DNA from: Raillietiella orientalis
Taxonomy: Eukaryota
Direction of reading: 5' to 3'
Assembly: GCA_036172245.1 (NCBI GenBank)
Contig: JAYWIR010000003.1
Location: 3,224,001 to 3,288,000 of the forward strand
DNA length: 64,000 nucleotides
Position numbers and translations under genes: made by a program. The notes under the pieces were generated by a model that saw only the letters and a program-made list of their open reading frames with translations, did no database searches and was not told where the DNA came from. The first letter of the stretch is position 1. Each line of letters starts with the position of its first letter. This document shows, in pieces, positions 54,065 to 64,000 of the stretch.

Positions 54065-54619
54065 TTATTGTCTCCTTCCGATGTCCACTTTTACCATATC
54101 AAATATTTGTTGAACACTCATCTCACCGTCTATGTAAACCACATCACAATATGTCTCTTTCACGAATTTCAAGTATTCTTCGTACATCGGCCACACGCAC
54201 ACATCGAAATAATCCTCTGCATCAGGAGGATCATAAACACGCTTCTGTCTCCTGCTCATGCACGTGCTCTTATCAAGTATAAAAAAATATTTCTTATCAC
54301 ACAAATTCCCTAGATATCTTGAAGCAAACACAAGGAATCCTTCTATGAGAATAGGGGTTCCTTGTTCGCGACGCACGTGCAAAGCACGATACACATCTTG
54401 CATCATCTTATCCATGTCGATGGCAGTTATCACATCATAATTTTTAAAGGTGTAACCCGAAACCAGCTGATGATGGTCGTCATCTTGAGGATAATAGTAA
54501 TCATCCTGGTTGATTACAATACAGTGCCCAAAATGTTCCTCCAAGCTGGTTGCAAGGGTTGTTTTCCCGCCACAAGTGACCCCTGATATGCCAACCACCG
54601 GAGCTAGCGTTTTTCTCAG
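54065..54619 (-). CDS. NMRK1: Nicotinamide riboside kinase lacking an in-frame AUG before the P-loop (start uncertain; candidate CTG at 54619)
   Basis: Intact NRK motifs including RVYDPPD..YFD.CVWPMY; AATAAA overlaps the stop codon. Confidence 0.8.
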   Translation of the reverse strand: MRKTLAPVVGISGVTCGGKTTLATSLEEHFGHCIVINQDDYYYPQDDDHHQLVSGYTFKNYDVITAIDMDKMMQDVYRALHVRREQGTPILIEGFLVFASRYLGNLCDKKYFFILDKSTCMSRRQKRVYDPPDAEDYFDVCVWPMYEEYLKFVKETYCDVVYIDGEMSVQQIFDMVKVDIGRRQ

Positions 54620-54963
54620 ATGTTCTGGTACTCCTGCTGGAACTTTCGAAAGTCTTCCTCCGTGAACATGGTTGTCTTTTTCTTTTTGCTTTTCTTTTGA
54701 AGCGGGAGGCGATTTGAATATTTCAGAATCTGGAAGGATCACAGGAAACGCTAAGCCACACTTACATTTCTTGTGGTGGTGGCAGAGACATGGGATGTGC
54801 TGAGTTGCTGGAGAATCTTCAAGTTTTGTTGCAGTTTTTCTTCCTTCGGGAGTTCTGGAATCTCTGGTTTGTGCTTTTTCTTTCGCGGTTTCTTGGTTGC
54901 TTGCAGGACTGGAGGATCCTCTTGGAAAAATTCCAGACTTTTTTTCACTAATGATGCAGACAT
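54616..54963 (-). CDS. RPS19BP1: Active regulator of SIRT1 / RPS19-binding protein 1, 103 aa, 2 exons (54963-54766, 54729-54616)
   Basis: N-terminus MSASLVKKSLEFF (cf. MSAALLRRGLELL) and C-terminus KKKTTMFTEEDFRKFQQEY (cf. TVFTEEDFQKFQQEY), joined by a 36-nt GTAAGT..TTCCAG intron. Confidence 0.88.
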
Positions 54964-55101
54964 TCTGATAAAAGAACTCTGTTAGCAAACAAGCACATCA
55001 TAGCTCTGATGTGAAGGTGGTCCTAGAGTGATCTCTCCCACCAAACAAAGAATTTATCATCTTTCAAGAATCTCTAAACAGCATTTATTAATAAGCTGAG
55101 T

Positions 55102-57045
55102 TTACATCACATAAGATGGTACTTTTGCGTTGCCTGAGGATGCAAGTGAATCATCATCCAGAATGCCAGATGCCTTCTGGATGTATTGTGGATTAAGCAG
55201 CACTTCTTCTTCCATCTTCAGCAGCAACTTCTCTAGATCCATTGCTGATTCAATCTAAAAAGGCCACAAAAGCCCTCCACAACTTTTGTCAAAGGTATTG
55301 CCTACCGCATGGTCCAGCTTCCTCAGCATTTCTGGACTGTTGAATTTTTCCAAATTGTCTTCAAAAACAACATTGCCATCCTGCTGACTGATGCGTGCTG
55401 CTATGTCTCCATCTTCAATCATGTGAAGCACAAGCATTTCCGCTTCCTGTGGTGAAGACAGCTGTACCCGATGAGCCATATCCGAAAGAGAAAGTGTCAT
55501 GAACGTTTTGGTTAATCTCTGTATATTCTTCTTATACAAAGAAGCTACAGTCTGCTTCACTAGACCCATATTTTTGTCCCTAGAGTAGGATAGTTGGTCA
55601 AAATGAAACTTGTGATGTTTCTCATACCTAAGGTACTGTTCTTCATATTTATTTACCATCTGCTGTACGTTGGTCACATTGTTAGAGGAATACGCTGCTG
55701 CTAGCTCGTGATAGGGCTGGCACAAGGAGCGAAAGAAACGGCTCACCACACTTGAACAATATTTGGGCAAGTCAGAAATCTACTGATGCTATTAGGGTGG
55801 CTATTCTTGTGGTCGAATTTCAGGCTTACCTTCCCATAGAGCATGAGGGAAACAAGAATGTATTTTTTGTAGGCTTCCAGCATGATATGAGATACAGCAA
55901 GTGCAGGAGTTGTCACACACACTTGGAAAAAGTAGTGAGCTCTATCAAAGTTCTTCACTGCCATGTAAATCATTCCTCCATAATAATAATAGAGCAGAAA
56001 GCTCTGGACATCATAATGACCATTCTGCTTGGCAATTTTAGAAAACAGCTTTCCTAGATGGAGGGTACTTGCTTCATGGCTTATGTCAGCAACATCTATA
56101 TCCAGGAAATCCAAAACTGGTCTGAAGTTCTGTGCCAGTAAGCTGAGCTGGCATAGGTCAGTATGGACTGAAGTTAACTGTGATTCAAACAACTGAATTT
56201 TCTGAATCGCCTTGCACAATATATTGATCCCTCTGTGTGATGCTTGCTTTTCAACCAGACTCTGGGCAAACATATGGCACAATTGTGCATCTGGAAACAG
56301 CATTCCTTATCATTTCTATGCTGAAATTCTTTAAACCTTCAGAACTTACATAGATCTGTGGCAAAACGGACTTGTTCTCCATTACATGCTGTGATAAATT
56401 CATGAAACTGTGCATACAGAGGTTCATAATCAGGAATATTAGCAAGAGAAAATTTCACATATAACACAAGCAATATTCCCAAGGAATGCTGTTGAAGATC
56501 TAGAGTAGCCAGAACATTGTCAAGATGCACAGCACTTTTTGACAGAAATTCTGCAGCCTTTAGAAGGTAATCATACAAATGTGAGAAATTTCCTGAAACC
56601 AACAAAGGTGCATTTACATTTTTTTTTTTTTTCCACACAATTTAATGCAGTTGGAGGATTTGCATAAAATTATTGCGGGCTACGAAATAAGTTGATGGGA
56701 GTAAGCAGCTTTAACACCACCTTCTCTAAATAGGTCACACGGAATACACACGGTTAGGATCCCTTTTTTTTAAACATTTGCCTAGATTTATGTGTATTGA
56801 ATTTTCCGGCACTGCAGTTCCGTTATTCGATTTTCATTTCTCTGGCACGTTTCCTTATCCTCATTCAAAAAGCACTGGTTCCTTAACTCACGGGCAAAAC
56901 GCAAAAAAAGTGCTGATCCCGACAGCACGTGAAAACAGCACAGCAACCGCAAACACGAAACCTGTTCGGAAGGAAGCATTTTCCAGTTACCTTGGGCAGA
57001 GAGTGTTCTGACTGTTGTAACGTACTGTTCCAAAGTGGAAGCCAT
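55102..57045 (-). CDS. COPS3: COP9 signalosome subunit 3, multi-exon
   Basis: [80 protein letters not shown]; exon 1 57045-56991, exon 2 56592-56350; ends PSYVM*. Confidence 0.96.
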
Positions 57046-58299
57046 TCATTCACAAGAGGCACGTTCTGCGGTCCAATCTTCAGAAATTCCGACGAGCCAT
57101 GCAGGCCATCGACGCCACCGCCGCTCGCTAGGGGACCACCGCGCCGCCTGCACTTCGGCAACCCAGCGAAGACGCTCGCTTGGCGCGCGCCCTTCCCCCC
57201 CCCCCCCCCCGCCGAGCCCGCGAGAGCAGGCGAGACCTACTCCCCGTGGCATGTGGCCCCCGGGACTACCGCTCTACTCTGTCCGCTCGGCGCCACCCCC
57301 CACAGCACTGTAAACACATTTTGCCGCAGTCGGGAAAAGGAAACGGGAAGAAACAAACACCTCCTGCACTTGGGCCTGGGAAGGGGGAGGAAATAGAAAA
57401 AAACAAAAAACAGCCTTTTTGGCCGTAAGCGATCGATGGAACGGATTCACCTAATAACCTAAAAGTGTCGATGGGTGATGGGAAAGTGCACTGCGACTCC
57501 GTATTACTCGTATCACATGTTTCAAGCCTTGTTTTTTCCAGGAGGATTTGGAACTATTGGGAACATTGCTTGCAGTCTTCCCACATCAGCTGCCCATCCG
57601 CATTCCTTCCACCAAGTGAGTTTCTATGCGGTCCTCATGCGGGAAATGGAAGCCTTCGTGGAAAAGTTGCTCCTGGAAACTATGAATGATGACAAATCGA
57701 GAATCTGTGTATGAAACACATGCGACAATCCCATGAACGATCTTCTGAAGACAAAGGATCGTTCATCGTGCCGTCGTATTTACAAATATTGCAGCATGGA
57801 AATCTCAATCAGTTCTCGTTTACTCACTGTATGTCAGCATCGATAACCCATCAGTTTCCGGAAAAGGATGAATGATCATTGCAAGGAGAGACGAATAGTC
57901 GAGCAGATGGAGTTGGATAGGACAGCGTTTTAGGAGGCGAACGTCTGTTAGCCACAGAAAAATGCGACCTATAAATGCATTGCGTCTGCTGCAGCTCCTC
58001 GGAAACCGAAATTGGGTTTGCAAACTTGAGGAACCACACAACTTGCAAAAAAACTTTGTTCCAGCACTTTTGTTATCTATATAATATATGTATTACATTA
58101 CCCAATACTCCACACTGGGCTATGAAATCTCGGGAAACTGAAGCTTTCATTTCATAATTTCTTCCGCTGCAAAAAAATTGCATTTACTGGAAAAAAATAT
58201 ATCTCAATGCAGTATTCGAAACTAGGAGCAAAAATTAATGGCACGACACATCATCATTCATTTAACAGGATAATTACGCTGCAACATCAAGATAAGGTG

Positions 58300-59420
58300 T
58301 GTTGACTAATTTCCAGTGAAATTCGCTAAAGATACGGTATTGAACAAAGATGTCGTCGAGAATAATAGTGAAAGAATGTCAAAAACCTCTCCGTGTTCCA
58401 ATGAAACTAGACTAGCTTGGCTTTTGTTCGTTTCTTCCCCAAAATCTAAAAAGCAATCCGTTTTTATTTCTTCAAAGCATACTAATAGATCATTAACAGA
58501 CAAAAAGCTTGCTTCCAAATTTTAGAAGCATTCTGTTTCCTGAATAAATTCTACGAAATTTGTTTACATTAACATTATAGTCCATGCTGCACTTGATAGA
58601 ATATTCATCGTTAAAGAACGAGTCAATGCTGTTTTGAATTCTATTCGTGCACATTCGAGCAAAATTCCATACAAAGCATAAAGAATAAAGTTAGCTACGA
58701 ACAAAATAAAGCTAGGAACGTAATCTAAACCATTGGAATTGAGCAAAGTTAATGCTCTTAACATCTAGTAGCATGGTTTGTTGGATTTTAATGAAGACTA
58801 TGGAACTGTGCACCTTTTAAAGTCTTAGAAACACTAACTCATACCTTCTCTTCACTAGTACGTAGCTGTCATGCATATCCCGGAAAACATCCTGAATGGA
58901 TTCTCTGAAGAAGAACAGAAATGTATAATGCTGAACAGATCAGAAAGGTTTGCTAAGAATGAGATAATGAGTGCATCCAGTCTGATATCACCGGTGTGTA
59001 GGCATGATTCTGAAGACTGTCGGTTCAAATCTGTTCACATGCCTCCGTCAATTAGCGAGGTGAAATCAACAAACCGTAATGAAACATTTTTTCAGATAAG
59101 TTCATGTTTTCATTGTACACGTAAGCATTCAGCTGCATTAACCTTTCTTTGGTTAAATGCTGTAGAATACCATGAGTCGTTGGATTATGGATTCTGATTA
59201 TAAGTATAAATAAAAAGGAGAGCATAAATGCACCTCTTGCACCAAGAAAATTCTCTGGAGGACATTTCCTCCATAAAATAAAATTTATATATGCACTTAA
59301 TCTTTCGACAGATAAGTGCATTGGGTTTGAGAGAATGCAACTCATAGGGAAAATTGCAAAGAATACAAAAAAATGATACATCTGTTCTATTATTTGTGAC
59401 ATTATAAAAGGTGCAAATTC
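58300..59420 (-). mobile_element. Possible decayed hAT-like DNA transposase remnant
   Basis: CILC...THGILQHL (BED-finger-like) and SLIDGGM*TDLN (D.WT-like) remnants; many stops. Confidence 0.25.
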
Positions 59421-60307
59421 TTCATTCCCAAAAAAAAAGCATTACACTGTATGCGATACGTACAGTTGCAATGTGCAATCATTCATATTAGAACCGTTCG
59501 TATGTAATAGTGTAGGCATCAAAAACTTTTTCGTAATATCTTCTTTTGCAATTTCTGATTCTTCACTTGTGAACCGTTGCTAATGGATCACTGTTACAAA
59601 GACAAGGCATAGAGACACCACGTTACTCTCTAAATTTCCTAAAAATCTTTTTAGGAAAAATATTGAGTTTATAAATAGTTTCCCTGAAAACATTACGTAA
59701 AAGTATGCGTAAAAATTGGATATGAAAATAAAAGCTTTGAAAAAGTCTGTGTCTTTGGGTTATTTTTAGTTATTTTATTTTTTTGATTCTATATTTAAGT
59801 GCTGATGTGCATGAGAGAGACCAAAAGACATAGGTGATGGGCACGTAGTAACCTACAAAAGAGAAAGCATTCAAAAAATATGGAAAAGTGAAACTAGAGA
59901 ACAAAAAAATATAGATCCTAGAAAGAAAATCAAAATATTCTAAACAGAATGAAAGTTTACTCAAAGTCTTCATTTACAGAAGAACTACGTCATTTCGGTA
60001 CCTTGCTGCATTTTAGTTTGCAGTTCTAGTGCTTGAGTGTGGAATACACGATCTAATTCAATTCTCTCTAATTGGTTTGTTAACATGGATGCTTATGTAA
60101 TTTTGGAGCTGCTGTCGAAAAATTTTCTTTTTGCCAACTCGAACTCTTCGGGGTTCACAGGAAGAGGCTCTTACGCGCTCCGGGAATAAAAATAAATCAT
60201 CCGGGTGGGAAGGCGACTGGGAACCTGAGCGGTGGGCTGCTGGTCGGGAAGAATCATGAGAGTGCAGCGCCAACATGGTGATTTGCCGTGAGCATTCGGA
60301 CACCGCT

Positions 60308-63271
60308 ATGATCTACGATGTATCTGTCGATGAACTGAGTGCCGTAACCGAGAGTTTGAAGTCTGAACTGTGCCCTTTAGGCTTTGAACTCTACCCTTTC
60401 AAGGTAATATCGAAGATTGATAAATTGTGAACCTGTTCTTGCCCCTTCCCCCCACCCCCCAATTGATCATAGAATTTGATATGCTTTGATATGTGCAGAG
60501 TTTTCGGTGAATTCCTGAATATCCTGATCGTTGTTCTCTTTGGGAATTAGATTGGCTGGTATAATGAGTATGTTCAGCATGCCTTCAAACTTGACTATGA
60601 CTTCAATTGTGTGGCCTATGTTTGCCTTAGTGTGCCATCCATGTTTGAAAAATTATTTGTACCATATCTTTGTCAGAACAAAAGTTCATCACAGGATCTG
60701 TTAGATCAATGCATGACGGATCTTTTTAAAAGAGTGAAGCAAGTAAGTAATTTTCCCATAAATTTATGGATTATGCTTGCCTTTGTGTAAAGTAGCATCG
60801 GTACTCGAAAGCTGGAGTGCATGTATTGAACTGTAATGTAAGCTGATTTGTTAGTTTGAACATTGAAATGCTTGCATGAATTTTTCAGCGTCTCAATGTT
60901 TGTTTTCCTGAAGTCATGTGTTAAAAAATTGTTTGAAATACAAGAAGAGTTTGCAAATAATCAAGGCTTATTATTCATACTACTAATTTGTATTCAATCT
61001 GCAGAGTCTCTATAATTTCAGAAATTATCAGTAAGTATTCGAGGAAACGTGTTTTTGTATGGTTTTGTACATCTTGGTATGTATATTAAAAAGAGTGTAA
61101 TATTTGCAAATCATTCCAATCATATTGTTTGTTTGGATACCATCAGTTGTTAATGAGCTGTTTCCTTTCCTTGAGCCCATCTATCCATCTTCATGTTAGT
61201 AATCCAGTCTGATGCACAGTTTCGTTTTTTATACATTTGTTTTCTTACATCTTTTATCATTTTCAAATCTTTTGGTTTGCAATCTTGGGTACTTTTATAA
61301 TGTGTCTCTGCACTGTTGTAACAGTTATGTTCATCGGAAAATTGATGGAATGGTTATGTAAATGCTATAAAGTTAACCTTAATTTTCTTGAAAAGACCTC
61401 TAAAAGATTTTTCCTGGCAGGGAGATAAAGGCTCATAGGATTAAAGTGAAAATTAATTGCAGTGACTGTGTGCATTTATATGTGCAGATAAATACATCAC
61501 ATATCCGAATAGTGAATGATTAATGTGGTTCATGAAATAGCAGTAACATTTCTATTTATTTCACATTTCTGTTCAAGCTATATTCACAAGTAGCACATCC
61601 TTAAAAAAACTGTGTTCTTTCTAAGGTTGCAAATGTCTGGAAATACGGAGTTTCACTTTCCACTTTGGAAAAGCGATCGAGCCTTTCGATTTGGAAGAAT
61701 GTATGTTAATAATATTCAGTAACTGTTTGAAAATATTCAAAATTTCAAGTGATCAAGTTTGGAGTAGGTGGCTTGTGGTAAAATCTTTCGTTCAGAGTGT
61801 TATTGACAGTTGTGTTTGAGTGGTTTGCAGGAACTCAATTCCAAGTGAGAATGGCAAAAGACAGTTGCAAGAATTTACTTCAGCAAAGTATTGAAAGGTT
61901 TATGTAAAAATGCTTGATAATTTCTTGATGATATGTGATGAGAACCTAGACTCCAGGTCAGCAAACATAAAAAGTGAAAGACAGTGCATTGCTGAAGCAA
62001 TATGAGATAGTTGGTCCTGATTTTAGAATTTCTGCATGTATTATATGCTTTGGCATGTATTGCTAGTACATTTTCTAATGCATTGAGACTAGCTTTGCTA
62101 TTCTTGGAGACAGCAAATGCCTTGAATGAAAAGCTCAAACAAGGTTTTAACTCACCTACCAAAAGTGAAAAATACAAAAATGTAACGGTTTAGGATTCTG
62201 TGGTTGCTGAAATCAATCCACTCCGAATTTTCGTGTGAGACACATTGAAGCACCGTCATGTGTGCTCCCTAAGGTCATGTTGTAATTTTACCCAAAGTAT
62301 CAGCTTTTCTCTTTGAAAACACGTGATGGAACGGGGTGTGAGTGAGTGCTTTTGTCGTTGACATCTAAAGATGGGGAGCAACAGGTTGGACACTGCGAAA
62401 TTGCCAACTGAAGGCCTTTTCCGAAATGCGTAGCCAAGTAAATACGAGGTATGCAAGTAAAGTTTCCTGCTCGAGAGTTGAAGGGGAAAACAAAATGAGC
62501 CCACTCAGTAATGTTTCGGCTTTGGCTGCATTTGCTCAAAATCGCACCCTGAAATAAGTTTTGTGAATTTTTATTGTATTTAAGAAGGTGAAGGAGGTTC
62601 GCGTGCCTTTTTAGTCTTGACGTTTGTTTGCTGTCCAAACCGAATAAAAGTGCAGTTGGCTTGCTCAACGTCAGCCATTCAGTTTTAGTACGTGGAAGAG
62701 AACAATTCATGCAAAAGTGGAAACGGGAGAAAATCTTTTTTCCTTCTCCTTATAAGTGGCGTTTCCTTTTGCTTTTCCATTTTCGCGACGTTTACGAGGA
62801 GAGAGTGTGCACGCACGAAAAATTATGAAGTCAGCGAAGGAAACCGATTAGGCAGGCGAGTTGTTTTTTGGCGGTTCGGTTCTCGAAAAGCGCCCATTGA
62901 GGAGACGGCTGCCCTTCCCTTCCCCCCCCCCCCCCTGCTCAGGAGGAACGTGTTGGAAATACCGTTGGGAATACTGTTTTGAGTGAGTGTTTACGAAAGC
63001 GAAAGGCCTCCCTTTCGTCAGTTCGGCTGCGAGGTGCAGTGCTCGTACGCACGCTCGAAGTGGATTGTACCGAAAATGTCCCAGGGTGGGCATAAATGTG
63101 TGTGGTGATTTTCAGAAGTTCAGCGAGAAGAATGTTCGAGTTATACACGATTTCGAGGTCCATCCATCACGGAGACCGCTGGTCCTCATGCAGACTGCAG
63201 GGCACGTTTCGGGAAGTGCGTACTACTATCAGAGATGCGACCTAGAAGATGACCCGTGGGACGAAAACGAA
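60308..63271 (+). CDS. MMACHC: Cobalamin processing enzyme CblC, 3'-partial (exons 60308-60403, 60551-60742, 63116-63271)
   Basis: LCPLGFELYPFK|IGWYN, PSMFE, DLLDQC, DFEVHPSRRP.VLMQTAGHVSGSAYYYQR..DPW; all introns phase 0. Confidence 0.93.
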
Positions 63272-64000
63272 GTAATTATGCATTCTTGCTTTTTTTCTTT
63301 TCTTTCTCCTTGTGAGCGCTGCTACGGCTTTCTTTCAAGGTAGGCCTCTCTCGGGCGATCGGTTCGGTGCTTTTGTATGGCAGTTTTTTCTTTTGTGTGT
63401 GTCTTCGAGGGATGTTCCCATTGTCTTTCACGCAGGTGGATCCTCGTCATCAACTCTTCCGGACTCAACCCGCCAAGATTCTCCCAGATTTTGTATCTGT
63501 CCCAAAAGCTTGGCAGGATCTCCCCTGCCGATTGCCTTTATTTTTTTTTTTCTTTCCTCGGCAAGAAACTTAAACTCGACGGATTGCATTCCTAGCTGAC
63601 CCCAAGCATGCCGGACGCCGTTCCACATCGTGGCTCTTCATTCCTCCTCCTCCTCCCTCGTTTCGAGGTGTCCGTGCTCCTTGTTCTGCGCGGTTGCTTC
63701 CTTCTTCCGGTTCTTCCGAGCGCACCACCGGAGGGCAAAAGGTAAAGCGCGTTCAGAAATGGAGAGAGGCCTTTTCGAGCGTTCGTTTTTCACCCGATCA
63801 CGCCGGGGCGTTTGTTCAAAAATAAACCTAAATAATGGGAACTCAGTTCCCAAGGAAACTCACAAGAAGTTCGTGGGGAGGGATCATCTACACGCGGCTC
63901 GGTAACATAGGAGGGCCGGAGCGGGAGGGAAAAGCAAAATAAGTAAATAAACGATAGGGCATGGGAGTGGCAAGGATGTTCGTTGTCGGCCGCTTCTTCC

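Noticed and set aside
57733..57767. Inverted repeat ATGAACGATC...GATCGTTCAT
   Set aside because: Isolated 10-bp arms with no supporting element boundaries.
1..64000. Prokaryotic systems (CRISPR arrays, defence operons), rRNA or tRNA genes
   Set aside because: Spliceosomal introns and metazoan genes throughout; no regularly spaced repeat-spacer array or recognisable structural RNA seen.

Overview
Eukaryotic (metazoan, probably arthropod/ecdysozoan) genomic DNA with very short introns (36-60 nt), so most of the supplied ORF track is spurious. 1-16.5 kb holds the 3' ~22 exons of a GC-rich macroglobulin complement-related (Mcr/TEP6-type) gene whose long introns are filled with decayed Tx1/L1-clade non-LTR retrotransposon fragments. 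From 18 to 57 kb is a tightly packed, AT-richer housekeeping cluster (RRP1, SLC33A1, RBFA, NMRK/NRK, RPS19BP1/AROS, COPS3) rearranged into a mosaic of tandem segmental duplications; MMACHC begins near the right end. Most striking observation: AROS (active regulator of SIRT1) and nicotinamide riboside kinase are encoded in overlapping frames. In one copy the kinase has no in-frame AUG before its P-loop, and a CTG overlaps the AROS stop (C-TGA). In the duplicate, a net +1 nt indel puts the AROS AUG in the kinase frame and destroys AROS. This pair starts ~140 nt after COPS3, behind a splice acceptor next to the AUG, suggesting an operon-like unit. All gene calls are from recalled motif similarity, not database searches; exon boundaries were read by eye.
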